Shown here one piece after another: positions 1 to 41,900 of a DNA stretch of 64,000 nt. Source of the stretch: Phoronis australis (taxonomy: Eukaryota; Animalia; Phoronida). Under the pieces are notes generated by a model that worked only from the letters and a program-made list of their open reading frames with translations, had not been told where the DNA came from and did no database searches. Position 1 is the stretch's first letter. Each line of letters opens with the position of its first letter. The position numbers were made by a program, and so were the translations under genes. The stretch is from the NCBI GenBank assembly GCA_002633005.1, contig NMRA01000365.1, forward strand, positions 195,505-259,504, read 5' to 3'.

Positions 1-873
1 TTTTTTTTCCTGGAGTAATTGTTATTTTATGAAAATTCGAAATCGCAAAATTGTACGTAGTGACTTCTCTTTGTCGACTGTGTTGACTTTAAGGTCAATA
101 TCTTCGCACAGGAACGTCTAATCGAAATGGTTTTTTGGCAAATTATTCATCATAAAAAGTTCTTTAAAATGATGTATTACATGTCTATTTAAGTTTCTTA
201 GTTTTGAAATAATAATATTTTGAACTCGCAGATTCGATTTGACAGAATTTTTACCAAAAATTTTGACACGAAAATGACATTTTCTCCAGAACCATAAGTC
301 CAATTTAAAAAATTTTACTATCGTTATTTTAGTCTTGAAAAGAGCTTTCTAATGATGTATATTACATGCACATTTTCTAAAATTTTTGAAAAATGCTGTT
401 CTCCCTAGTTTCAGTTTTCATTATTTTGTATTAAATTAAGGTGATATTCAGTTGTCTTGGTACACAAATACTGTGAAGTTACTGCATTGTATGGGTCTAT
501 GTTATGTACATTATGGTAATGCTTCACTTATTAATCACCTGTGACCGACAATTGAAATTCTATTTCATTAAATTTCTTCACAATTATAAAGATTAAGTAC
601 AATTTAATCTATTGCAAGCATGGTTTGCAGTGTGTAGATGTCACGTAACAGCATATACTACAGTTCCCAGTATTTGCAAAAAGGTATTCAGACATTTAGA
701 AATGGGAACATTTTTATTTTGGCAATTTTTTAAAGAATTATTTCCATGTTTAAATCTGGTGTGTGTGTGAATGTTTTTGCAAGGAACAAGTATCAATTGA
801 TATGTCTTGAAACTTTATGACTCTTGTAAATAAGACGTATTATGTCCTCGTACATTTGTTTGGAAATCTCTAG

Positions 874-28424
<27,551 letters not shown>

Positions 28425-28949
28425 TTGGAGGTGTATGGAAGGGGCTAATTGTAAGTTGGAGGCATATGCAGGGATACCACAACTGGAACAGGCATTAAAT
28501 CAAGCTAGACTGGGCCTGCAGGTGAGGGTAGATAGCATCAAAGGTTGTCCCAGACATAGCTTTCTGGAATACTGACCTGCCATTAGCAACATGTTATTGC
28601 CTTTTCACTTTTTCACATTCTCACCAGTTGTCTATTTTCTACAAAAATGAGTCTCGCAGTGTGTTATGTGGATAAATTTCTGTTGTCACTAGTAGTTAGC
28701 AACGGTTTGGTAGATCACACTTTGATGTAATTTTAGAAATCTTGTGTTCACATTATGCGTCATGCTTAGTGTAACTAGGCACTTAGTGATTAATAGAATG
28801 TTTAATACAAGTTCACTGGCACGTGAAAAGTGAATCTTTTTCAACTTGCCAGTATGACAAGGTAAATAATAGATTTATAATTTGTATTTAAATGAGGTAG
28901 AAAATATATCTGAAACTAAATAAGGCGATCCAGATCCTCCCAAGGATAC

Positions 28950-29247
28950 TATTGTTTCGTGAAATGAAGAATATAAATCGGTAAATAAAACAACAAGAAT
29001 GGATCAACTGAAATTTGAAATTTTCGGAGGTAACAACTTCCTTTACATTGTGTGTTGCCAATAGGTTTGTCAGTTTGGTGTATATTGTCGATATTAGCTT
29101 TAACTAAATAATTTTTTAGATTTTTACATTTTCTCCAAGAAATTATAGGGGGATGAGGAAATAGGTTTTTCATTTGAGGGGAAATATGCAGTGTAGAAAG
29201 ATGTTTTTTGAAGACGTGGCTAATTCCGTTTAAACATGGATTGAACA
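28950..29247 (-). mobile_element. Penelope-like element fragment (RT to GIY-YIG linker)
   Basis: FNPCLNGISHVFKKHLSTLHISPQMKNLFPHPPIISWRKCKNLKNYLVKA...GNTQCKGSC; bounded by the N at 29248. Confidence 0.7.
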
Positions 29248-30529
29248 NGTTTTTTCAATGGACTATTCGGTATTAGGTTTATGTGATGCTGTTTATTGAA
29301 TGTCTCATTAAAGAATATACCGAGTGAATCCAGTACGAGAGATTCATATATAGAATTCCAGCCACATAATGTATGGCTAGAGGAGGTACACATACAAGGA
29401 ATTTTGTTTTGAAAATGTCCTCAGGTTGTACATTCAGTTAAAGTGTGAGAGGGTGAGCAGTCCATGACCTATTGAAACAAAAATTTCAAGTAATTGAAGA
29501 ATTTCAATTTCTGTGAACAGGAAAAAAACGAAAGTGTATGAACGTTTGGATTTGTCTTTTGGTTTGGAAATTGTGAACATATCCCCAGAGTTATATGAAA
29601 ATTTTCGGTAAGGACTCCGTCGATGTCAAGGTGGCTGTCCTCCAGTTTTCAATTAACGTTTGGCAAGGGCCAGTGCCGAGATGTTATGAATTCTATGTTT
29701 CCTGGTTTTATTAATTTATTTAATTATTCTGTTAATTAAATGATTTAAATAGTCCAATTGTTGACACGTTAATCTGTTATTCTTGTGTTTGTACGCCCAA
29801 AGAAGTTGACATGATAATCGTGACAAGTAAATTCAGTGTAGAATTGAGCAGCATGGTTGTGATGGCTTTTGCAATTTTTTTCATTTTTAAGAGTAAGATG
29901 TAATTAATTTATTAAGAAATATCATTTGCAGGAATTGCTGGTTTATTTGAATAAGATTGCACCTGTTGGTACCAAGTTTGACCGAGGTAGTGTTATAATT
30001 TTGCTTTCCATTTTATTTATTCATTATGTCCTAGGTTCCCTCATATAAAGGGCTTTACAACTAAGGATACCTTTGTCAATCAATTTTTATTTTTTCTGAA
30101 ATAATAGTTTTCATATGCCATAAGGTGTAATATTTGTGCTTTTGTTAATGATGTTTTTGATGTTTAAATAAAGTTTTCATGCTAATATTTGCATGGCTTT
30201 GTGAATTGTAATTATTAGTGTATTAGTGGTGCTACCAACATTGTATGTGCTAAATATTCTCATTTGTAGTTGACCTGGGCGACCAGCTTGTTAACCATTC
30301 ATGTGGCATTGTGGATGATTGTGGTTATAAAAGCTGGCCAACGGAAATTTTGTAGATAAGACCCGTGGGTTTGCATTGACAAGGGTCGGTTGACATAAAT
30401 TTTGTAGATAAGACCCGTGGGTTTGCATTGACAAGGGTCGGTTGACAAAAATTCCCAGTAGCAGACCATGTCTACACTTGACTCTATTGCAGCACTGAGT
30501 TGTGCACTGAGCTAGAATGTATGTTCTAT

Positions 30530-30870
30530 TAATGTAGACCATGTCCAGTCCTATTGACGCAGACAGCGTCCAGTAGTGTTGACGCAGATCATGTCCAGTC
30601 CTACTAATGTAGACCATGTCCAGTCCTATTGATGCAGACAGCGTCCAGTCCTATTGACGCAAACAACGTTCAGTCCTATTGGCGCAGACCACATCCAGTC
30701 CTATTGGCGCAGACGATGACCAGCCCTATTGATGCAGACCATGTTCAGTCATATTGACGTAGATCACGTCCAGTCCCATCGACGCAGACCACGTCCAGTC
30801 CTATCAACGCAGACCACATCCAGTCCTATTGACGCAGACCATGTTCAGTCATATTGACGCAGACCATGCC
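30530..30870. repeat. 25-bp minisatellite (gacgcagaccatgtccagtcctatt)
   Basis: ~13 copies; preceded by a ~59-bp duplication at ~30347-30450. Confidence 0.9.
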
Positions 30871-32455
30871 CTCACATGCAACAATTTTTCCTCATTCAAA
30901 TGTTGAAAATGTTTATGATGCTGAAAATTACCAGAAGCAGAGTGGTGGTTTGTGCCCTAAAATTCCCTTATTAGGCCAAGAAAACCTCTAAAACTTCAAA
31001 ATGAAATGGTATTTAGTGAATCTTCCTGTTGAAAAACATTGGTCCTCGAGGTCATCACTTGGAATTCAAAACATTTGGTCCTCAAGGTTATTACAAGGAA
31101 ATCAAAACATTTGGTCCTCGAGGTTGTCACGTGTAATTCGTGACATTCTGTAGAAAAAAGCCAGACCAAGATTTCACCTCAAAAACCGATGCTATGGTGT
31201 AGCTGTAATGACCAGAGCAATTTGAACAATTAATTTTTCACTGTCCCAAACTGGAGAATTTTTACCACAGGCATCTAAGACTATTAATATTTGATTTGTA
31301 GTTCTCTCTGGTGAAATAATTAGCATTTGTAGCATTTCTCAACGATTTTTGTTGGCTCTGCACAATTTATGGCATAGTTTATTTCACAATTTATGGCATA
31401 GTTTATTTATGTCAGAAATAAAAATGGAAGAAATCACACTTTGAATTATATTCTTAATGTCAAAACCTAGTACATGATGTAATAGTCTATTAATCTATTG
31501 TTAGCCCAATGGGTAAAAACTGATTAGAAGATGTAAACAATTTCTTCAGATTCACGACACAGTTCATAAACACACTATCATAAAACTGTTTCTCCAACAA
31601 TGTTTAGACAAACAATATGGTCTTAAGAAGTACACTAAACATTAATGAAGAGAGTACTTAATTTATGATGCTTGATTTCAGGATTTCAACAGAGAGTAAC
31701 ATTTCAAAATAGCCGTTCAATACGTAGGAAACATTGCCAAATTTGATAAAAAAGAATTATTCAAAGCAAAAGCGTTTTGTTAAAATTATATAAAAAATTT
31801 CTTTCACACCAAAACTAGACTAGCACACTAAAGCATATTCACTAACTGCATAGCAAAAAGTTGTGTTCCTTTCATGAACACATCAGACAATATACCAAAA
31901 CCTTTTATTGTGGCAAACATTAAAAATACATTAAGCCAAGATCTGCCCTGTGAAATACCTGCCAGCAACAGATTTAAGTACAGAATATGGTATAGAACAG
32001 TAGATTAACTTAGGGACAGTATGTATTTTGTGGGAAAACGACTGACTCTAGTTTGTGACTTCCAGAAGTTCCAGTGCCTCTTATCTCACCACTTCCCTGT
32101 TGAATTAGGACAATACTGACTTGCTATTCCATATCTATTCTAATGTAAGAGTTAAACTGATCGCTGGAGTTTGGCATAAACCATGTGTAGCAATTCACCT
32201 GGGAACAAATCTTCGCTACGTGTAGAGAGCTAAGACCACTTTGAATAACTAGTCACTAAAACTACAGCAGGGAACACTTGCCTCTAACAACTGCAAGTAT
32301 AGTACAAACCAAAAGTATTCAGACAAAAAGACCCAGAATTCCCTATCATGGCAGCAAGGCACAAGCCGTACTCATCATCATGGTGTAATCTTCCCTCAAG
32401 ACCAAGAATGAAGTGGAACTACATGTGGTAAGGTGGCCAAGGCATTCTGTTACAA

Positions 32456-32710
32456 GAATAATGGCTCCCTAATAGTTATTGTTATTTCTTATGATAACGG
32501 AATTAGGAGTAATGGCTCCCTAATAGTTATTGCTATTTCTTATGACAACGGAATTAGGAATAATGGCTCCCTAATAGTTATTGTTATTTCTTATGACAAC
32601 GGAATTAGGAATAATGGCTCCCTAATAGTTATTGTTATTTCTTATGATAACGGAATTAGGAATAATGGCTCCCTAATAGTTATTGTTATTTCTTATGATA
32701 ACGCAATTAG
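32456..32710. repeat. 51-bp minisatellite x5 in the probable PARP 3' UTR
   Basis: aataatggctccctaatagttattgttatttcttatgacaacggaattagg. Confidence 0.93.
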
Positions 32711-32749
32711 CTGTCATGATGAGTAAACGGTATTTTGCTCGATTACTTT

Positions 32750-32850
32750 TGACTTGTAGATATCCGTATAGCATTACTTGTAGATATCCGTATAGCATGA
32801 CTTGTAGATATCCGTATAGCATTACTTGTAGATATCTGTATAGCATTACT
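32750..32850. repeat. 24-bp repeat x4 overlapping the PARP stop codon
   Basis: ttacttgtagatatccgtatagca. Confidence 0.9.
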
Positions 32851-32973
32851 GTGTCCTGAATTGCACAACATAGCGGATGGCCACTTGATTCTCTCTATAG
32901 ATGATATACTCGTTGTAGTCAAGACCAACGTGGCCTGGTCTATTAATGAGGCTGCCCAGAGGAATGACCGCAC
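32846..32973 (-). CDS. PARP last coding exon (catalytic Glu)
   Basis: GAVIPLGSLINRPGHVGLDYNEYIIYRENQVAIRYVVQFRTQ*. Confidence 0.95.
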
Positions 32974-35900
32974 CTGGTAAAGAAAATGGAAAAAAGCTTT
33001 TTCGTTGTTTCTACTCTGTAGAAATATGATAACGTGATACCAAAAGATGCCAATAACTCATTATGCCAAAATATTGTTGCTTTTGCGCAACTTTTGAATT
33101 ATTTGATTTGATTTTACAAAATATTTTCAACATATTTGTAACTGTCCATTATATTATCTAGATTATAAAACTGACACTTTAATGTAAAGCCATCAAATTC
33201 GGCAAAAACAAAACTAATGAGTATAGTTCAGTTTCTGTGCACTTTAAAGGCTCTCCTGTGCTCTTCTGTCAAACCATTTCTTCCTCACAAGATCCCACTT
33301 CATTCGTTTGCTCGGGAGCAACCTTGACAATTATTTGAGCACTGCTACATTTGAAGCATCACATTCGCTGGACTATCAGCCACTAGTTTGACACATATTG
33401 TAAAAATAAGATTTTTTGAGGGTGTCCCAAGTATATTTGCATAAGGTACCACTAATGCCCTCTGGTGAGGAGGTGAAGCACCTATTGACCACTCTCTCAT
33501 ACTCATCTGTCCTGTTCATGATCCATACATAAACCACGAGCATATTCTGGAATTCTAGACATGAACAAGACGCAGCAAAATACCTAAGCTTGTCAAATGC
33601 AAAGTGTGTTAAAGCACATCAGGTTTTTGCCCATAATTCACCAGTCCAGCCTCACCAACCAATCAGTTCAATGCATTTTCATGCTAATGAGGTCACTTAC
33701 AATTTGCAAGAAACTTGCCCCATGAAACACAGCCCAGGTAAAGATGATTTGACTTACCTGTTGGTAGAGTTACATTGTACACAGGGTTGGGGATCTGACG
33801 TCCTATTCCCATAACACTGTCGAACTTGTCTGGTGCCTTGGAGTTCTCATCAGGATATGTCATAGCATTCACTTGGCCCAAACCAACCTGGAGGAATGTA
33901 GTCAAAGGGTTACAATGCAATATGAGAATTTTGACATTAATAGTAAATACGCTTATCAAGTTCACCTTACTAACAAAGTCACAGAACCAACGTTTGTACT
34001 TGTTTCTGGACCTCAACTTAAATTTGTTGTTGCACTTCAAAAAAGAGCACATCTCAGGGCTCAATGCTTAGCATAATGTCAACTCACCAAATGGGACTTG
34101 GTAAAAAGTACCAACTGAGTTCACCAAATGTGAAATGTGCTCACTAAAACTAGGAAATCCCGTAGGCAGGGATATGAAAGTCCTACCTTCAGGGATATGC
34201 AAGGCAGGGATATGTAAGTCCTACCTTCACAAAGCACAGCAGCAACAGTGCCCTGAAGATGATCCAAGAAGAAGACGTAGCAAGAACTGTCAGAATAGTG
34301 AGTTATAGTCAGTGGCGCAACCCCTCCACACCATACACCCGTCCCAGTCACCCAACAACACCTCCACACCATACACCTGTCCCAGTCACCCAACAACCCC
34401 TCCCCACAATGAGACGGTCTTTTCTTTGACCAACGAGAACAAGTGTTTGGTCGCAAGACCTAAGAGTTCTGGGATAGCGCTACATTCATCTGAGGTTCTC
34501 ACTTTNCAAGGCGGCGATCTGGAGAGTGACACGAGGCGGACCGGCATCTCAAGAGAAAACGCAACCAGTGTATGGAACCCAAGGCGTCAAGATCCACCGC
34601 TGAGCCAGAATGAGCACGTCACTTCCAGTCGAATGCGGAAACGGTGTGCAGAAAAAGCCGTCTGGATGACGTAACAGCTGAACACATTATATATGAATGT
34701 CCGAGGACGCACTTCCCCCAACTACTCCAACCCCTGCTGACACCCTCGCCAAAGATCACCGCCTCACACTTGAGCTATGGGAGACGTCTCCCAACCCACC
34801 CCCTTCCCGGCTAGGAAGTAACCCCCCAAGTATCTCGTTGCTCAACAACAACAGCAGCAACAGTCAAAACTAATGAATGGAACACTTGAATAAACAAACC
34901 ACAACACCCACGGTAATGTCTGCTGGAACATCCTGAAATGCCTGAGTGTCTCTCCTTTTCTAGCCCAATGGAAACAATTTCTCCCTCACTGTGCCGTCCA
35001 GGCTCAGTTCCAAACTAAGTGGGAGTGTGCGTCAGTAGCGGGCCTGTCCAATTTTTTGCTTAATGATTCTGACTCATAATTGTTTACTTCCTGCAGTATT
35101 TTGAGCGTATGCTCCGACAGGTCCGTAAACAAAATCTGAGGTCATATCAATGGCACTGAGCTTCGCATCCTCTCAAAACATTTGAAGCTCACAAAACACA
35201 TCAAATAACTATGAGTAGAGACTGTAAGTAAAATGTCTTAAATCACAAGTTAGCATAGCCTTCCTTTATCATATCTGCACATTATAACTTTACCTCACAC
35301 AGAAGCATGTACATTGTTTTAGAGCATGGGTCATAATTATGGCAGTAATTCTTGCTCTTGCAAAACGTATCGGCAAAGTAGATCCCCTGGAAATGAAGAC
35401 AGAAAGTATGGCGTAGAGTCATTCATATTCATCTGGCACAAAACAAACATGTTGAAATGATGTTATTCACTTGCAATCACATTTACATTATTTTAAGTCA
35501 CATCCAACAGTACTCAATGTCAAACTATCTAGACTTGGATAACAGGAGACAAATTCTGAAGTTGCATCTTTCAACAAAATCTAACAACAGAGGGCAGGTG
35601 TAACAGAAAATGAGAATTCCATGCTTGGGAGAAACATTGGCTCATTCCAATTAGTTTTGGTAGTAGGCAGTCACACATGTATGATATGCACTGTGGTGTG
35701 AAGTGTTGATTTTCTTATCAGCGTATATCCTATATAATATTATTATACACAGTTCCATTGGGTGTATTTGAACAGCGTCTGAATTAAGATATATTGAAAT
35801 ACTGCTTTTTTCGCAATGCATATCTTGGACATTTCCAACATTTTTTCAACTTTCCCACAAACTGCATTACTAAAATATAGTGGTGTTGCCTTCATTGGGA

Positions 35901-38900
35901 CCCTTTAACAGTTTATGAAAACGATATGTTTTGTAAAATGCAATTAACATCAGAATAGTTTTTGCAACAAAAAGATTGTCGTCTCAACACAAATGATGAA
36001 TGCAGAGTTCTACCTTTCCAAACATGTGCCCAGTGTGGTCCACCTCTGGAGGTGCAATCAGTAGACCCCGACTGAGGATACTGATCAAGTTCTCAGGTGA
36101 ACTACCATGCCATAGTAACACGTGGTTCTCCAGACCAGCTGAGGACAATGCGGTGTTCTGACCTGGCCGACTGAGGCCAAAGATACCCTCAACTTTCACA
36201 CCGGGACCTGCAGATTGAAGAATATAATCACTTCAGATATGTTGTGCTGTGGGCATTAGCTTCTTACCGATAGCGTGGGATGTTCTATACACAAAGGATT
36301 GTGGGATATCGGTCATCAAAAACAGTACTGGCAGCTGACGCAGATATGTAACCAGTAGAGGTCAATTCATTTCTAAGTAGTATTTCAAGCAGCCACAAGT
36401 TAATCATACACAGGTACATATTACATTCATTTAATATAAAGTGCCAGCTTACATAGATGTTCACCTGCATGACACTTTCTTCATTCTGGACTGGATTACG
36501 CGAATACTAAAAATCCTCTCTGGGATTCACACACACCAATTCATTGTTCACACAAAGATCAATTGCTTTTGATAAAGTACAAAAGGTATTCAAACACCAG
36601 AATCTTTTTAGGGAAACTACAATTAGTGTATACTCAGCAGATGCTGTAGTTAACCACACAAATGTCTAAGGTGTTGCGTCCAAATATAAAATACATAATT
36701 GAGTAAAAGACTACAACACCTGTTATGCAAACTTAGGTGCATGTTAACACTGGCATTATATCCTGCATTACGGCATTCTCCTGTTGACCCCAACTTGTTC
36801 GATCAGATGGCAAAGGAACAAGTTGGGCAGTTGACCAGCATTTAGCCAGTATCTTACATGACTGATTAACTCCAATCTGGTACTTATGGTTGGAGGGCCA
36901 GCTCTCTTTTGTTCAATAATTGCTCTAATCCAAAAATTATATCTAGCCTGGCATGGCTGTGCTGTTGAAAATAAAAGATAAGTTAAAACCTGTTTGAACA
37001 CAAATTGTCAAATGCTGATCGTGTTCAGTTTTTAAAAAAACCAACATCAACCAACTACTACCAAAGTTAAGACACTTTAGTCTTATCAAACGCATACCAA
37101 TGCATTGGGTTTGACAGAGTTCATAAGTGGTAGGTAATAAGGTGTAACCACAATACTTTTCATAACAATTACATCCATGGTACTGATAATACTTTTCATA
37201 ACAATTACATCCATGGTGCTGATAATACTTTTCATAACAATTACATCCATGGTACTGATACATAACTCTTATGCTTGATCCAATACACTATTTTTAGCAG
37301 CTATATGCAACTTTAATAAAGACATGCTTCATGTGTTGGTTTTATTTTAAAAAGCGCATTACCATCACGATCAAATTGATTACAAAGCGAAAATCACGTG
37401 GTTTCTATATGCTACAATTTTTGCACGCAGTTAGCCTGATAACTCCGAAACATGAAAATGTGTTATCTATACGTAGTTAACTTTCATTTCATTCCCATAA
37501 AAATGCAGGTGTTCATGCTGACACTATACGGCCTTTCACATAAAGGGTTTAATGCAGTGGACTAACATTCCTTCTTGACCACAAGAATTTTAGACCCAAA
37601 GCAGATGATTTAGACTGGTCTAAATTTAGTATGGTACTAAATTTAGTACGCTCAAAAAGAATGGACCAGCAAGTGTACCAAAGTTGGTCCAATTACAAAG
37701 CGCAACGGCTAGACGACACTCAGCTGTCTGTTTTACAATCCCTAAGGGTGCTGGGATTTGGAAGCGTTGGGTCATTGCCATACGCCGCAGTGAAGGAAAA
37801 TATTTCCGTGTAAAATTTATAAAAGTTAGATCATATTTTGTCGCATCTCGCAGTTAAAGAGCATCATAGCAACGACCCAAAGAATCTTCAGCCAGCCAGG
37901 CTGTGTTTTCATGACTATGGGTTGAAACATGATGTTCTTTCCAAAAAGGACAGGGCCCTCAATCCCTCGATTTTGGGGCTGAATATCGGCTCTATTCTCT
38001 TCTCAAAAATATTTAAAAATCTCCGCAATTACCTACCACGAGGCCTAAAAATTCCCATAGTGATTGAAAAGTTCTTTCCGAAGTTCAAATCACCTGTAAC
38101 CACACAGGTGACAATTTGAAAGAGCACAAAATGCTACTTGAGAGCTTGCAACAGGGCGGGGGTGCTATTGATGATGATCGGGAGGTAGGGAGGTAGATTT
38201 TTCCCCTCACTCGGCAAAAAAATCTACTCTAAGAAGGTACAGGCACCTTTCGCCTCGGACGAACGAGGCCCCTGAAGAAACATGATAACTATGCTTGCTC
38301 TGCCCAGTTAACTGAAATTGAACTCTAAAACAAGGTTATGCTTCGGACGAACGAATTAGGAGTTTTAATTTTAAAATTCAACTTGGTCCAGATTGACATT
38401 TGAAACCTAACACATGAAATAGACATAAGAATTATTAAAACTAAGAAAGCAGAATTGATGGTCAAATAATTTTTATTTTCAATAACGAGCCTGGTTTTTA
38501 TTTTAATAAAAATATATTTAATAATATCGATTATTCTTTCAGATTAATGACAAATCAACTGTTATTCCCGGTAGTCCCTACCTCATCAGGACCTAGGCTT
38601 TATGTTTGATGTTAATATTCTTGATCAACAAATGAAACCAGATGTGACTAATTGCCCATGACAGCAAAATGCGATAATACATCACTGTCGAATATATCTT
38701 CAACTCGTCAACAATACAAGCAGATGACCTGGTTCGTGTAGAAAGCATTTTTAAAAGAAAAACGTAACCCTGCATTCAGCGGCCTAATCCGTAACACTAT
38801 GATCGCCGCAGTTTGGTCACATTTAGTTTTCATGTTTCGAACCTAGTTTTTCGAAAAAATATATACCCTTTCGTCAGACAACTCTTTCGTGCATTGAATT

Positions 38901-41900
38901 GTTCCCTTATGTATTTTTCTACGTCTCTGTGGTTAATTATCGCCACATTTTTAAGATTTAATATCCTGGTTGGACTCGAAAGACAGGCCATTTAACTCGC
39001 GCAATGTCAACTTCCACTTTGTTTATCGCAGTGAGCCTCGTTTTGGATTTTAATATCCGCCGCGTGAATTAGGTCAATACCCTCCATTGTCCCTGTCAAG
39101 GTATTATGCTTTATTTCTGGTTGTGAAAATAAGAAACTATCAATTTGTACTCTACCAACCTTATGAAATTATTTAGTGAATTTCCAACTTAATACACTTT
39201 AAAATTTTTACAAAAATAGGACTTTCAGCGAAAAATAAAAATTCTTCGCCCAGATTCCTGAAATTTAACCTATTTTTTTGTGTAAAAATAACCTTCACAC
39301 CCCTTGATAGGGCCTATCCTATGTGTGAAAAGACAGCACACGTGATCACTTGCCAGTGTCGTCCATTTTGCGTGGCATGTATTTTTAACTTAAAGTCGAA
39401 AGCAAACATCCCTTCGAGTATGAAAATGCAGTTGAAGTCCGTGCAAACTTTTGGAATTAGGATACTGAGTGTTTCAGGATCTATGAAGGTGAGTTTTATT
39501 TCACAAATTTAATTTTCATGCGCGGTAAAATTTTTAAACTTGGATATTTACCACGACAAAATCACCGCTTCAAAAATAAAATGACCAACTTTGGCCGCTC
39601 TCCTCATAGGACCACCTACAACTGAACACGAGGCTGTTATGAAATGGGCTGCTAGGATCCGTTTCGTTTTTAGGGTAAATCCAGAACTAGTGATCCTCAA
39701 AAGCCGCACAGCGAAACTTCTTTTAAAACAAGCGACTGGAGCGACTCTTTACTGAACAAACCAGTTGGAGAGCACCTCGACTTCACAGATAATGATTGCT
39801 GTAGTAAGTTCACTCGCAACTGAAGCGTAATCTTTCATGGAATAGGTTCCAAAAAATGATTACTGACAAACCAAGAAAACATGACGTCGTCTTTCATGAT
39901 CATTTATTCATCGTTGTTGTTCTGTTATCCGATGTCAAAAATAGTTCTACTTGGTTTCAGTAACCTTTTGAAGCATGGCAAATCATTGGCCTGCATGTTG
40001 TAATACCAGACAAAAGACTGTGCTTAGCAGTTACGAAAGGAACAAAATGTTATTACATGTTCACAACCGATCTCAATGAGAATGCCCTCATGGAGTCAGG
40101 GCTTGGAATGACCAATGACAAAAAGAGGAAATTTTTGAAGGTGATGTGTCGTTCAACAAATAAATAGGCTTTTGTGACACAAATACATTTCATGTTGAAA
40201 AATTTAACTGAAATAAACGTTTTTGCATGAATAAAGTCAAATAATGATAAAAGAGACTAAAAAAGAGGAAAGTGGAAATCAAATAAGAGGAAATCGAAGC
40301 CAAACAAGAGGAAATCGAAACAAAAAAATTAGAAATCCTCTTAAAGAGGAAATTTCCAAGCCCTGTGGAATGCTGTTTATGTAATACAACTATTATTGGA
40401 GTGTTGTTCAGCAAATATGACTATTAACAGAGTGCAGTTTAGGCAATGCGACTATTAATGGAGTGCTGTTTAGATAAAGCAACTATTAATGGACTGCTGT
40501 TTAGGTGATACGACTATTAATGGAGTGCTGTTTAGATAATGTGACTATAATGGCGAGCAGTTTAGGCAATGCGACTATTATTGAAGTGCTGTTTAGGCAA
40601 TGCGACTATTAATGGAGTGCTGTTTAGATAATGTGACCATTAACGGTGTGCTGTTTAGGCAATGCGACTATTAAATGGAGTGCTGTTTAGGCAATGCGAC
40701 TATTAATGGAGTGCTGTTTAGGTAATGCGACTATTAAATGAGTGATGTTTAGAAATGCGACTATTAATGGAGTGCTGTTTAGGTAATGCGGCTATTATTT
40801 TGGGCTATTCTGTTTCAGACAATCACGAGTGTCAAAACTTTTCATTCAATTTGATGACAGTAACAAGAATCAGTCATTAACTAAGTAAGTTACCACATTA
40901 TTTTGAGCTTTGACCTTCTGAAGTAGTACTCAATATCACTTCACCTGAATGACAAAGGCATGATCACGCAGATACATATTCAATTATGAAACACAGGTTA
41001 CTAGTAAATTAGAAATTTAAACCCTTGCACAAAGCACTAAACCCAGTGAAGTAAATTAAAAGTAACAAACCAATGCAGACCTGACCTTATGGTTTTCATT
41101 GTCATCAAACGATGGCGTTGCAAATAATGTTAACCACAGGGTTTTCAAGATGTTTAAATGTTTAAGCAACAAAGTGAGTTAGTAATGAGAGCCAAAAATT
41201 CAAATTGGGTCAAGAATGCCTTTTTTGAATGTAATGAAAACGTGGTCAAGCTATTGAAGAGTTCAGAAGTGCAACACTTACTTGTAGAATGTATGTACTT
41301 TAGAATGTACTGCGTCATTGTGTCATTTTGGTCCAACAACTTTATCTGACAGTCCATGCAGCGATAGACATAATCCAGAGGATTCACCTCTGCAATCAAC
41401 CAAACATACAAAAACAGTGCAAAGGAATTGGGAGGAATCTTCATGTGTCTTCATGGTAACATACTTCACATGACTTGACAAGGAGTTCAATCCTCAGACA
41501 AAAACGTCAAGTACGACAAATATCACAATTATATCTGGCCTGCACCTGATTCAGTTTGAAACACGTCTGCTAAAATGAAAATGAAGAGTTCCCATCCATT
41601 TCGTTGGCTTCAGGTGACTTTTTTTATAAAAGTAAGAACTCAAAATAAAAAAACAGGGGTATTGTGATGTTCATGCAAAGTATAGTCACAGTATAGCCAT
41701 CTGATGACCTTTTACTGACCTTTGACCCTGAACTGTGCAGCAATCATCATCTGTGATGCCATCTCGTAGTCCAGTAGACTGTTGACCAAACGCGACTCAT
41801 TTTGCAGCACTGACTCATCATCCAGGGGAGATAATGACTCATAGGTGAAGCCGTGTTGTGGAATTAGATGGTAATACTCATTGCTCAACTCTGCAATCTG

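Noticed and set aside
1-410. Transposon terminus at the window start
   Set aside because: Repeated aatgatgtat..acatg motifs suggest a TE end, but no TIR or TSD can be fixed within the window
34300-34500. LTR end plus primer-binding site (ca-gtggcgc)
   Set aside because: No second LTR and no gag/pol sequence; next to an assembly N
38560-38600. Second hammerhead on the minus strand (CTGATGA-ggtag-gga-ctacc)
   Set aside because: Stem II is perfect, but GAAA is replaced by GGGAA and no stem I/III or cleavage triplet is evident; at best a dead relic
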